DNA of 64,000 bases from Torpedo marmorata (GCA_977017645.1 OZ360221.1:92318001-92382000), one strand, 5' to 3'. Positions 24,797-37,222 are shown, counted from the first letter of the stretch. A program made the numbers and translations. Notes: generated by a model from the sequence alone, not told the origin.

Positions 24797-25203
24797 TGTG
24801 TACTATCCCACCCAGACTACCCGCAAATTGGAGGAACAACATCTCATTTTCCGTCTGGGCACTCTCCAGCCAGATGGCATTAACATTGACTTTTCTGCTT
24901 TCCACTAAACCTGCTTGTCGTTCCCTTCCCCTCCCCCTCACCTGTCCTTCCTGTTTTTCTCCATCCACCCAGCCATCCCTCCTCCCCCTCTTTGCTGCTG
25001 TCCCCTCCCTCCTTTCTCCACCCATCATCTCCTGCCTTTGCCACCCCACTTCCCCCCTCACTCTTTTGTTCGGACGCCTGCCGGCATTTTCTCATACTTT
25101 GATGAAGGGCTCAAGCCCGAAATGTCAGTTATGTATTTCTACCTTTGCTACATAAAAGACACTGTTTGACCTGCTGAGTTTCTCCAGCATTTGTGTTTTT
25201 TAT
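24797..25203 (+). mobile_element. Penelope 3' fragment, same subfamily as 21232-22308
   Basis: Close similarity to the reverse complement of 21232-21630; hammerhead motif at 25093-25133. Confidence 0.85.
25093..25133 (+). ncRNA. Hammerhead motif copy in a Penelope tail
   Basis: CATACTTTGATGAAGGGCTCAAGCCCGAAATGTCAGTTATG. Confidence 0.55.
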
Positions 25204-25204
25204 T

Positions 25205-27210
25205 GTGACAGTCAACATGGCTTTCTCCAGGGTAGGTCATGTCTTACAAATTTTATTGCGTTTTTTTGAAGAGGTGACAAATGTGGTTGATGAAGGTAGG
25301 AGAGTGGATGTTGTCTAAAAGGACTTTAGTAAAGCATTTGACAATCCACACATCTAGAATTTCATCCCAGTCATTTACCTGTATCACAAACACGAGGGGC
25401 CCCAGCACTGATCCCCGTGGAATACCTGCTGTCACGGAACATTAATGGTGGGCTGATCCAGAAGTAATGTGCGTGGGATCCACAGCGAATTGATGGTTTG
25501 GATACAAAATTGGCTGGCCCTTAAAAGATTGAGGGGAGCAGTGGAAAGGTTTTAATCTCCCTGAGGTGTTAAGGTTCTGTGTCCACAGGTGTTCCATGGG
25601 GATACAGTTAATAACAGGACCATTAACAGGATTGAGGTACAAAAGGATCTGGGAGTCCAAGTCTATAGGTTCCTGAACATGGCCATGCAAGTAGATAGGG
25701 TGGTAAAGAAAATGTGTGGTATGCTTACCTCATTAGTCAGTTATGTTGCAGTTATATAAAATTTCAGTTAGACAGCACTTGAGTGCAATTGTGGAGGTTG
25801 AGGCTTTGGAAAGGGTAGCAAAGAGATACTGTATACCAGGGTGCTGTGATGCTGCCTAAATTTGAGGGATGAGCTATAAGGAGAGATTGGACAAACTTGG
25901 ATTGTTTTCTCTGGAGTGTCAGAGGCTGAGGGGAGACCTGATAAAAGTTTATAAAATGATGAGAGGTGTAGATAGGGTAGACAGTCGGAATCTTTTCCCT
26001 GGGTAAGAATGTCCAATAGTAGAGGACATGTTCAAGGTGAGAGGGGGAAAGTTTAAAGGAGAAGTGCAGGGTAAGTTTTTTTTACACACAGTGAACAATA
26101 AATGCCTGGAATGGGCTGCCATGGGTAGTGGTGCAAGCAGATACGACAGTAACGTTTAAGAGGCTTTTAGATAGACACATGAATATGTAGGGCATGGAGT
26201 GATATGGATCATGTGCAGGCAGAGGAGATTTACCGTATATTTCGGCGTATAAGTCGACCGGCAGATAAGTCGACCCCCCTTTTTCAGCCTCATTTTAATG
26301 GTTTTATGGTATATCCGGCGTATAAGTTGACCCCCAAAAATCGCGATGCCTGAGATGTTGCGCATTGACCGGCATATAAGTCGACCCCCAATTTTCAGGC
26401 TGTCTGGGCCTCCCAGCAACAACCCAAAATTTGTTACAACATCCCAATCGCCAAGTAACAAAGCTGTAAATTAAGCAAGTACCGGTAAGTAAAAAAAACA
26501 GTAAAAAAAACCTTTGCTTCTGGCCGGGAAGATGCAGGTGTGGCGACGTCTTTCTCCTGAGCAGGTGCGGCGACGTCTTTCTCCCGAGCAGGAGCGGGGA
26601 CGTCTTTCTCCCAAGCAGGAGCGGGGAGCTCATTCTCCCGAGCAGGAGCGGGGACGTCTTTCTCCCGAGTAGGAGCAGGGACGTCTTTCTCCCGGGTAGG
26701 AGCAGGGACGTCTTTCTCCCAGGTAGGAGCGGGGAGCTCGTTCTCCCGAGCAGGAGCGGGGAGCTCGTTCTCCCAAGCAGGAGCGGGGAGCTCGTTCTCC
26801 CGGGTAGGAGCGGGGACCTCGGGCTCTACAATTGTAGAATGTCTGGGTGGTTTATGGCGGCGCCCGGCGGTGGGGAGGTGTCGTGGAGAGGCGGCGCCGG
26901 CGGTGGGGAGGCGCTTCCAGGGTCGACCTATACGCCGAATCGTGTTTTCAGGGGTCGACTTATACGCCGAATCGTGTTTTCAGGGGTCGACTTATACGCC
27001 GAATCGGCGTGAACTCGATTTTGAGCTGATTTTAAGGTCTCAAAAGTATATCTGGCGTATAAGTCGACCCCCGTTTTTTGAGACATTTTTGAGGGTTTCA
27101 AGGGTCGACTTATACGCCGAAATATACGGTAGTTTAATTTGGCATTGTGTTCGGCGCCATCATTATGGGCGGAAGAACCCGTTCTTGTATTGAACTCTTC
27201 TATGTTCTAT
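25205..27210 (+). mobile_element. Decayed CR1 LINE with an internal inverted piece and a MITE insertion
   Basis: QHGF..GRSCLTN, DFSKAFD and CR1 3' motifs; TTCTATGTTCTATG tail at about 27198-27211. Confidence 0.75.
26233..27129. mobile_element. Tc2/pogo-like MITE, copy 2
   Basis: TIR CCGTATATTTCGGCGTATAAGTCGAC with TA flanks at 26231-26232 and 27130-27131; collinear with 14533-15344; 27-bp array at about 26550-26815. Confidence 0.9.
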
Positions 27211-28009
27211 GATGATTTTCCTTCTTCTCTTTGACACAGGGTGGATCCAGACTTTCATTTAGCTTGACTTCCACCATCAGTAAGAATTGCTGTGTCTGTC
27301 AAGGCTGACAGTTTTAATCCAGTTTCAGTTTACGTAGAAGACAAATTTCTGGAAACAGTGCTCATATTCCATTGTGGACCAGCCTGTCAGGGACATCATG
27401 TGACATCAAAGATCTTTAAGCTGTGATTTGTAATTGATATTACAAATGCCACATGCTGAGATGTTATCTTTGATTTCAGTATCATGCCAGGAATAATATT
27501 CACATCTTTGGCTTAGTGCACTCACACTTCAATCCAAAAATGACTTGAGTGGGTTTTCTGCAACATCTCTGCCATCTGCAATCCAGTGATAATGATCGTA
27601 CTTTTCACAGGTCCCCATACCTTGAACAAACAGTTTGCTTTGAAAAAAAATGGCTGCTCTTTAATCACAAGAGGAACCATTATATTTTGCAATCAAGCCA
27701 TCCAGATTGAGCTGAAGTTGAATTTTTATTTTTAAAGTTGTATTTCTGCAAGATGGCCTTCTAAGGTCTAGTCTCTAGAGTTACTCAGCAAAGTTGATTG
27801 TCTTACCAGTTCAATTAATTCCATTTTTATCTCACTCATTCTCTCTGATTTTATCTGTCTCAGCAATTAGTTTATTCAAAATTTCAGTAATGATCGTGCA
27901 AGAATTGAATTTTCTTTTCATTCTTAATCTTCAATCTGACGTGCCAAGCAGTGACCAATCTCAACTTCCTCTTGAGGTCACTGCCATCTCAGAAGTTGAT
28001 TTGTTTCAT

Positions 28010-29400
28010 TGAACATGGCATCAAGAGGTAACTGCGAACATTGGTTGCAGTGAAGGTTATGGATCTGGGTAACATCTCAGCCATTGTACTAACTGTCAAT
28101 TAGACCATAGAACAGGGATGACCTTTTAAGCCATCCAGAAAATACCGCAACCTGACACACTCTCAAACAATAACAAAGCAATGTAAGCTGACTTACAATT
28201 TGGTCACTGGTGTTCAGTTTGGGTTTTACCAGCACCACCCAGCTGATGAACCTGTTACCAACATGGGCAAAAGACGTGAATTATTGAGGTGAAGTGGTGA
28301 CATCAACTGCATTTGATTCAGTGTGACCTCAAGAAATCCAGTTAAAATGAAATCAGAGGGATTAAAGGCAATATTTATTTACCTGCTGGAGTCATTCCTA
28401 GCTCAAAGGTAAATGGTTATGATTTTGGAGTCATATCAATTCCATTAAATTGCTTCTGGAGTTTCTCGAGGCCAGGGTCCTGGTCCCAAACATGATTGGC
28501 AATGGCTTTCCTTCGATCATAGGGTCAAAATGAGGGGTATATCCTCATGATTGCACATGGTTTAATTTCGTTGCAACTCCTTAGAACCTGAAACTGTCCA
28601 CACCTGCATGCTTTAAGAGCTGAACAGCATGCAAAACGGTCAGTAATGTTTGCATTGCACAAGAGGCCAACAGAGACTTTCTCCGAGAATTTAACTAGCT
28701 CGCTTTGAGCTTCAGTGGTGTTTGAGTTCACCATGGACTAAGGACTCAATTACATTAGCCACATATCTACTGTGGAACAGGTCAGAAGCTAAATATTCCA
28801 CAGCAAGGTACTCATCTCCTGACTCCCACAAAACTTTTCTACCATCTTGAAGATATAAGTAAGGAGGATAATGGAAGTTCACCATTCAAAAGTGTTAGGG
28901 CGCTACTTCAACAACAGACAAATAACTTGAGTCTTTCCACAGCGAAGCTCCTCTCTGAACCTTCGCTTGCGACAACTCAATTGTTTTGATTGGAGCAGCC
29001 TGACAATGAATGATGTGGGAGAAGCAGCAAAGGCACAAAGGAGCCAGGTGGTTCCTCCAAGTGGTTGCATATTTTGCCACGTGTACTGGCACTATAGCTG
29101 CAGTGTGCACTACCCACAAACATAACGCAGCAACTCTCTAAGGCTGCTTCATGACATCTCCCAAGCCTTCAACCTCTACCATCCAGAAAGACAAGGATTC
29201 CTGAGAAATGGGAATGCTCAGATTCTTATCCGAGCCACATAATATCTTGGCTTGGGAAAGTACTGCTGAGCCGTCACTGTTACTGGACTCACACCATCGG
29301 AGTAGCTTCCCATGGAGACGACAGCAATTCAAGCAGACAGCACACCACCACTGTCTCATAGACAATAATTGCTGGCCTTGCCAGCAGCATACATATTCAA
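28010..29400 (+). mobile_element. Old CR1/L2-group LINE remnant
   Basis: Degenerate RT-like stretches (CAGTTTGGGTTTTACCAG, GACATCAACTGCATTTGAT, CAGGGTCCTGGTCCCA); 3' end resembles 19560-19850. Confidence 0.45.
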
Positions 29401-29519
29401 CATGAAATGAATCAGGGTCTCATTATGCCTGGACATGGAGGAGTTGTCTCAGTTATCTCTGAAAGGTTTGCAGAAGCTGCAACCAGTGTTAGACTCACAT
29501 GCAATGATTGCCCTACAAA

Positions 29520-30316
29520 TAAAACACAAAACACGAAAGGCTGCAGACGCTGTGATTGTAGTAAAGCACACAGAAATGCTGGAGGAACTCAGCCGGTCTC
29601 ACAGCGTCCATAGGAGATACAGAAATATTACCGATATTTCGGGCCTGAGCCTTTCTTCAAGAAATAAGCAAAGAACAGGAAGGCGCAAGAATAAAGAGAC
29701 TGAAGGCTGGCCGGGGGAGGAGTCCAGACCAACAAAAGGTATTAATTGGATATGATAATAGGAGAGATAAGAATTGATTGTGGCTCTGTGAAAGGAGTCA
29801 GAGGGAAAAGGGAGACAGAGCTGGGGGAAAGGAAACAGGGGGAAGAAGGGTGGGGTTAGTTTCATGGAAACCGGAGAAGTCGATGTTAATGCTATTCGGT
29901 TGGAAGGTGCCCAGACAGAAGATGAGGTGTTATTCCTCCAATTTGTGGGTGGTCTCAGTCTGGCAGTGCATGAGGCCATGGAATAGGTTGGAAAATTGAA
30001 ATGGGTGGCCACTGGGAGATCTACGCTATTGCAGCGGACAGAGCCGAGGTGCTCAACAAAGCGATCTCCCAGTCTGCATCCAGTCTCTCCGATTTAGAGG
30101 AGACCACAACGAGAACAGCAGATGCAGTAGATGATCCCTGCAGATTCACAAGTGAAATGTTGCTTCACTTGGAAGGACTGTTTGGGGCCCAGAATGGTGG
30201 TGAGGGAGGAGGTGTGGGCGCAGGTGGAGCATCTCCTGCGGTCACAGAGGTAGGTCCCAAGGGGACGATTGGTGGGGAGGGAGGAGTGGACAAGGGAGTC
30301 ACGGAGGGAGCGGTCC
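29520..30316 (-). mobile_element. Penelope-like 3' fragment of a diverged subfamily
   Basis: GIY-YIG-region homology to 21518-22258; tail and degenerate hammerhead at about 29626-29668. Confidence 0.8.
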
Positions 30317-30319
30317 CAG

Positions 30320-30778
30320 CCCCTGAGTTTGGCCCCCCCGCTGTCCCGGCCCTGGTTTCCCCGGCTGTTCCGGTCCCGGCTCTTGTGTTTGGCGTCTCAC
30401 TTTCTCTCTTTCACTTTACTGTTTCTCTTACTCACTTTTTTGTTGTTTTCCTCTCGAGTTTCTTCCTTTTCTTTTTCTTGCTGCCGAGCACGTGCTTTCG
30501 TCGCTTGACGTCGTTCCTTTTGTCGTTCTTTTTTCACCAAATTTTCACCTCCGACGTCCTTCTTTTTTAGAAATCCTGTGGATCCCGTCGTCCAGAGTGT
30601 GGATTTTTCATCCTCGTCGCCACTTTGTCCCCTTTGGAAATATCACTGCTGGTCGCTCGAGACTCAGAGGAGCTGTAATTCATTTGAAGATGGCGCCAAA
30701 CTGAAATTCCCCATAGAACGTAACTCCGTGTATCTGACATCACGCGCACATGACTCGCGCATGCGCGTTCCCATAACA
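30320..30778 (-). mobile_element. Orphan 5' LTR (30626-30778, 153 bp) with PBS and purine-rich leader of a Mag-like Gypsy
   Basis: Minus strand reads TGTTATG...GGGGACA, then a 3-nt spacer, then TGGCGACGAGGATG (plus 30609-30622), the same PBS as Gypsy B and C. Confidence 0.7.
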
Positions 30779-30961
30779 TTCCCCATCCCCCACCCCAACG
30801 CCCGCTTCCGTAAAATCCCTGCTGTATTTAATTTGCGGCTGCTGTTAATCCCCACTAGTTTAAATTCCCCACTTATTTATTTTGCCCCTTTTTACAGAGG
30901 TGCCAGAGCGGCGCTCCGGCGAGCTCTGGCAGCACTGCACCCCTGACCATAGATAGAGTAC

Positions 30962-31842
30962 TGTTACAAATTCAAACCAGCAACGACAGAAGACACAATG
31001 CAAAAGGGGTAAAATTGAAATTTATATTTATTAAAGACAATTAAACATATAATTTCACAACAATTAACCCCACTATAAACGTCTATAAACACTATTCTTA
31101 TCTAAAAGGTGTGTGTGTGTGTGTGAGTAAAGCCCAGACCATTACAGTCTGTGCCCAACCCTCATGTAAAAATGGAAAAGCTTTCCCCAAAAACCCCAGG
31201 TCAGTCATAAAAACAAGTCAGTCAAAAAAAGAATAATACAGTCCACAAAATTTCACTCTCTAAGTTCAGGTTCCATATTCAGCTCTGTGTGCTGGGAGAA
31301 GGACTTCTTAATGAACGTTGGAGAGAGACAATGACTGTTTATGCTTACGAATACTTGCTTTGTTTTCCTTCTCTGATGACTTTCCCTTTTGGTAGAGATT
31401 CACGAGGATTGCGACTCCAAATCAGTATACCACTGATTGAGGCGTGTACTTGGATCTCACAGCTGGTCTCGCTGATCTCACGCCTGTTCTCCACAAAAGT
31501 TGCTTTTAACTCAGAATTTTGCTGAGACAGGAGGCCATGTGCTATTCTCCCAGCCTTTTTCCCTGGGATCCACAAGCCTAGATTTTGCTGTGTTCTCTAG
31601 CCTTTGTAACTCCAAACTGCCTGCTTTTTGCAGAGGTTTGCACCTGCCTTTTGCAAAAGTGCAACAAAGTATCTTTTCCACAGCCTGTCTCTCTCTCTCT
31701 GGTCTCTCTCTCTCTCTGTCTGGGTACACCAAGTCCTGGGCAAGTTAACTCTTTCAGTACCTGGTCCCAGTGTGTACTCCAAAAGACTTCATCCTTCCTG
31801 CTGACCGTCCGCCGTCCAAATGGTCAGTCATGGTCCATAACA
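30962..31842 (-). mobile_element. Solo LTR of 881 bp (Gypsy or ERV)
   Basis: TGTTA...TAACA termini; 4-bp TSD GTAC at 30958-30961 and 31843-31846; AATAAA on the minus strand near 31030. Confidence 0.75.
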
Positions 31843-32489
31843 GTACACATCCTCAGAGGAAATAAAAATATTTTCGTTAGAAAAGGAGAACCTAGAGACC
31901 AACTGGGTTTTGGGATGAAGCTTAAATTATTCAGGAGGCTGCTGCTGCCTTTCGTTCCAGGATAATTTTTTTGTTTTCGTTTCTGACATTTGGACAGAAT
32001 TACTAACTCCTGAAGGTGAAATTATGTGACATTTGATCACCTGATCCCAGATAGTAAAACCAGCGGGGTACACTGGTGGTTTTGTGTCCTCAATACCTGG
32101 TATCGTCAGAGCAGCTCAGTTGTTTTGATTGGATCAACCTGAGAACAAATGATGTGGGAGGAGCAGCAAAGAGCCAGGAATAAACAAGCTGCTCCTGTCC
32201 AAGTGGTGAGATCTTTTACCGCAGGTGCTGCAAAACCATTGCCCTGCAGTCCAGGAGATCAGTCCTCAAAATCAATGGGAAACTTCACAATTTGGGAATT
32301 TTGAAGCTTTGTTGCTATTGTGTAATTTGAATATCCTAGCCATTAATTGTGAAACACTGACACTATTAGTGGGCCAAACTGTTATTTTGTGAATTGTTTT
32401 GAATAATGTAAAGTCAAAGTGGAAACATTTTGCTGCTTTTAGTTGTGTGCTTCTATTCAGGCTCATTGTAGAGATTAAATAAAACATTT

Positions 32490-33770
32490 AAAGTTCAAAG
32501 TTCAGGTTTATTGTCAGGGTACATAAATCACATTACATCACATACAACCCTGAGATTCTTTTTCCTCTGGGCGAGGCAGAATTACTACGTATTGGTAGTG
32601 CGAAAAAACCGTACTCAAGAATATACTACACACGTGAACAAATAAAGAAATGTAAACAAACTGACTGTGCAATACAGAGAGAAAAAAAATCAATAAAGTG
32701 CAAAGTAAGAGTCCTTAAATGAGTCTCTGATTGAGTTTGTTGTTGAGGAGTCTGATGGTGGAGGGGTAGCAGCTGTTCCTGAACCTGGTGGTGCGAGTCT
32801 TGTGGCACCTATACCTCTTTCCTGATGGCAGAAGTGAGAACAGAGCGTGTGCTGGGTGGTGTGAATCCTTGATGATTGCTGCTGCTCTCCAACAGCAGCG
32901 TTCCCTGTAGATGTTCTCGATAGTCGGGAGGGTATTGCCTGTGATGTACTGGGCAGTGTCCACTACCTTTTGCAGGGCTTTCTGCTCAGGGGTATTGATG
33001 TCCCCATACGAGGTCATGATGCATCCAGTCAGCACACTATCTACTACACATCTGTAAAAATTTTCCATGGTTTCCAATGTCATACCAAACTGCCGTAAAG
33101 TCCTAAGGAAGTAGAGTGCTTTCTTCACGATGCCATTAGTGTGTTGGGTCCAGGAAAGATCCTCTGAGATAGTGACTCCCAAGAACTTAAATTTGCTCAC
33201 CCTTTCCAGCTCTGATCCCCCAATGATCACTGGATTGTACACCTCTGGTTTTCCCTTCCTGAAGACAACAATCAGCTTCTTGGTTTTGGTGATATTGAGT
33301 GTGAGGTTATTGTTGGTGCAGTATTCAGCCAAGTTTTTGATCTCCCTCCTGTATGCTGACTCATCACCCTTTTTTATACGACCCACTACCGAAGTATCCT
33401 CAGTGAATTTGTACATGGTATTGTCGTACAGAGCCACACAGACATAGGTGTATAGCAAGTAAAGCAGGGGGCTAAGAACGCAGCCCTGTGGTGCTCCGGT
33501 ACTGATGGAGATTGTGGAGAAGCTGTTCTTACCAATCCTCACTGATTGTGGTCTGGAGGTGAGGAAATCCAGGATCCAATTACACAGTGGAGTGTTGAGT
33601 CCCAGGTCTTGGAGTTTGCTGATCAGTTTTGAGGGGATGATGTTAAATGCCAAACTGTAGTTGATAAAGAGCATCCTGATGTATGCGTCTTTGCTGTCCA
33701 GGTGTTCCAGTGCTTTGTGTATAGCCAGTGAAATGGCATCCGTCATAGACCTGTTGCTACGGCAGGCAAC
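32490..33770 (-). mobile_element. Rex1/Babar LINE 3' fragment with an open RT C-terminal ORF (32715-33776)
   Basis: [25 protein letters not shown]; (TGAACTT)n tail. Confidence 0.92.
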
Positions 33771-35781
33771 GTACAACTTGCTTACTTTTGGTAGTTTATG
33801 GAAATCATTTACATGTGAATTTTAATTTTGTATCAGATTTTTTTCACCGGTTGAAATTTTTCTCACTTCAGATTGGATGGTCAGAGTGCTTATTTTCTTC
33901 CCACTGTTCATGTAATCTTCATGAATGATCTCGTTTTCATTGCTCTCAACAATACCTCTACTTATCTTTCACCAGGAGGATATCTGGGAGTATTTCACAG
34001 AATATCAGGTGGTGAATGAGAGTCAGAATGCAGAGATACAGTGAAAAGCTTTGTTTTGCATGTCATACAGGAAGCTCGCAAAAGGTCGCCACATTCAGGC
34101 ATCACTGTGGATCTAGAAAAAAATTTAACAGAAAATGGTAACAAGATTAATCATGACAAGGTATCGTTCAAGTTTAACATTAGCATTGACATTAACATGA
34201 CAGGAAAATCAAATTTAAACTTTAAGTAAAAGATAACAGCAGCTTCCTGATGAGAATCCGCATGACCGCTGTTCCAGTCATAGTCCTGTAGCTGTCCTGG
34301 CTCTGGTCTGGTCTGCTCTCTCCCTGTCGTTGGGCTCTCCCTGTTCACACCGACCTCCTTCGCCAAAACCACTCATCTCGCTGTCTGCAACCACCACCGC
34401 CTCTCCCACAGAACCCTCGGATCTTCCTTGGATGGCCAAATAACACAGTGCAGTCTCACATGAATATTGCATTTTCTCAGACTGCCAATTTATTCTCACT
34501 TTGCCACCATATATGGTATGAGTAAAGATAACACCAGATGTGATGCTAGCATTTGTTTCCCTGAAGCAGTAATCACAACTGTTTTATTTTAATGTGATTC
34601 TCTGCACCTGCTTCTTTCACAGGGAAAGGCAAGCTCGAAGATTGGCTGCTCAGGAAACAAGGCTCATTCTGAAGCCTAACCATGAATCCGTGTTCCAATT
34701 TATGATGTGTATCTGAATGAGTTTACACAAGCACTCCCACAGTGGCACTTGAATAAAGGAGATTCATGGTGGTTCGGACCCAAAAGCTATTGCCATTAAA
34801 ACTAACACTGCGTGATGCCAATTTTATCCACTTCTTCTGACAGGTTTTGTGTCATTTCACCAATAGCCTAGATATGTCAGTTTTGAGTGACAGCAGCTTT
34901 ACCTATGATTAGCCTGACTTCAGTCGTAGGGAAAATGCTGGAAAATATTTTTACAGATATGGTAACAAGGGCAACAAGGGCACTTGGAAAATCGTGCGAT
35001 GTTTAAAGTACAAAGTTCCGATTCATTGCCAGAGTACATATATGACATCACATACAATCCTGAGATAATTTTTCCTGCGTGTCACGCAGAATTTCTACTT
35101 ATCGGTAGTGCAAAAAACTATATTCAAGAAAAGATACGTACACAAAATGGAGAAATGTAAACAAACTAACTGTTCAACACAGAAAATAAACTATTCAGTA
35201 ATAAATAATGTGCAAAGTAAGAGTCCTTAAATGAGTTTGTTCTTTCGGAATCTGATGGTGGAGGGGTAGCAATTGTTCCTAAACCTGGTGATACAAGTCT
35301 TGTGGCACCTATACCTCTTTCCTGATGGCAGCAGCGAGAACAAAGCATGTCCTGGATGATGTGGATCCTTGATGATTGCTGCTGCTCTCCGATGGCAGCG
35401 TTTCATGTAGATTTTCTCGATGGTGGCGAGAGTTTTGCCTGTGATTACTGGGCTGTGTCCACTACCTTTTACAGCGCTTTCCACTCAGAGGTATTAGTGC
35501 CCCCACACCAGGCCATGATGCAGCCGGTCAGCACATTTTCCACGACTCATCTGTAGAAAATTGCCAAAGTTTTCAATGTCATACCAAACTTCTGCAAACT
35601 TCTGAGGAAGTGCAGGCGCTGGCATGCTTTCTTCACGATGATATTCGTGTGTTGGATCCAGGAAAGGTCCTTTGAGATACTGACTCCCAGTAATTTAAAT
35701 TTGCTTTCCCTCTCCACTTCTGATCCTTCAATGATCACTGGACTGTACACTTCTGGTTTTCCCTTCCCAAAGTCCCCAATC

Positions 35782-36027
35782 AGGGGGGCATGGTTAGCGT
35801 AGCACCAACGATCGGGACTGGGGTTTGAATTCCCGTGCCGCCTGTAAAGAGTTTGTACGTTCTCCCCGTGTCTGCGTGGGATTTCCCCGGGGGTTCCGGT
35901 TTCCTCCCACCCTCCAAAACGTACCGAAGGTTGTAGGTCAATTGGGTGTGATGGGGCCACACGGGCTGGTGGGCCGAAAGGGCCTGTTACTGTGCTATAT
36001 GTCTAAATTAAATTAAATTTAAAAAAA
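35782..36027 (+). mobile_element. V-domain tRNA SINE with CR1-type tail
   Basis: GGTTTGAATTCC B-box, V core and GGGCCGAAAGGGCCTGTT; probable AATCA(G) TSD. Confidence 0.82.
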
Positions 36028-36124
36028 TAATCAGCTCCTTGGTTTTGGTGACATTGAGTTGTGAGGTTGAGTGAGGAGTACACCATTCAGCCAAGTTTTC
36101 AATCTCCCTTCTGTATGCTGACTT

Positions 36125-36449
36125 CATTCATTCAGGTGCCTTGCTGTTCAGCGTGGGCGATCATGTCTCTCCATTCGTCATGATCTCTGACCCTCCGAAT
36201 TGTAGTTGTTGCCTTCCCTGTTCTCCTTCGGTGAAGGCTCCATCTTTGAGCTGAGACCGTAGTCGATGTTGAGTTCATGATTATACAAGGGAAGAATACT
36301 GAAGTGGTTTCCCGTTGCCTTCTTCAGTTGCTGTGTCCATACTGGACGGGTTACCCTGGCCATTGATCAGCAGATTCATCTGCCCAGCGTTTTTAGTTTT
36401 ACAAGCATAAATTCCAATTTGTAGAATCTGCTTGTAAAAATCATCCACC
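36125..36449 (-). mobile_element. RTE-related short non-autonomous retroposon/SINE
   Basis: 10-bp TSD ATGCTGACTT at 36115-36124 and 36450-36459; RTE/BovB-SINE-like motif GAAGGCAACGGGAAACCACTTCAGTATTCTT; (TGAA)n tail. Confidence 0.7.
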
Positions 36450-37222
36450 ATGCTGACTTATCGCCCCTGTTTATAACAACCCACTACCATGGTATCGTCA
36501 ACAGGTTTGTAGATGCTGTAGTTGTACCGATCCACACAGTCATAGTGTATAGCGAGTGGAGTCGGGGCTAAGAACGCAGCCCTATGTTGCGCCGGTACTG
36601 ATAGAGATTGTGGAGGAGATGTTCTTACCAATCCTCACTGATTGTGGTCTGGAGGTGAGGTAATCCAGGATCCATTACACAGTGAGATATTGAGGCCCAG
36701 ATGTTGTAGTTTGCTGATCAGTTTTGAGGGGATGATGGTGTTGATTGCCGAACTGTAGTCGATGAAGAGCATCCTGATGTAGGTGTCTTTGCTGTCCAGG
36801 TGTTCCAGGCCTTTGTGTAGAGCCAGTGAGGTGGCAACTGCCGTAGACCTGTTGCTGCGGTAAATTGGAATGGATCCATATCGCCGCTCAGACAAGAGCT
36901 GATATGCTTCAACAACAGCCTCTCAAAACACTACATCACTGTGGATGTGAATGCCACTAGTCATTTAGGCAGGATATCACACTCTTCTTGGGCACCGGTA
37001 CGATTGAGGCCTGTTTGAAACAGGTGGGTACCATGCCCTGTTGGAGTGAGATGTTGAAGACATCCGTGATTACATTGGCAAGTTGGTTAGCATAGATTTT
37101 CAGTACTCGGCCGGGTACTCCGTCCGGACCGGATGTTTTCCTTGGATTCACTCTCCCAAAGGCAGCCCTCACATTAACCTCAGATACTAACAGTAGAGGA
37201 TCATATGGGGACATGAGGGGGT

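Noticed and set aside
27215-27290. Possible micro-exon (acceptor near 27239, GTAAGA donor near 27281)
   Set aside because: Splice-like motifs arise by chance, and the peptide is unrecognisable.
30001-30570. 189-aa ORF with a hydrophobic C-terminus (membrane protein or env)
   Set aside because: It is the antisense reading of Penelope plus a purine-rich LTR leader; the Phe/Leu richness comes from the T/C-rich strand.
30900-30945. Complete hAT-like MITE ending in ...GCACTGCACCCCTG
   Set aside because: Only one terminus-like end is visible, with no matching TIR or 8-bp TSD.
34600-34760. Possible host exon (pyrimidine tract plus CAG at about 34622, AATAAA at about 34752)
   Set aside because: No recognisable protein and no consistent partner exons; needs RNA-seq.
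36300-36335. CTGAAGA...GAAAC on the minus strand as another hammerhead
   Set aside because: The intervening AGGCAACGG cannot form stem II; the motif is the RTE-SINE conserved box.
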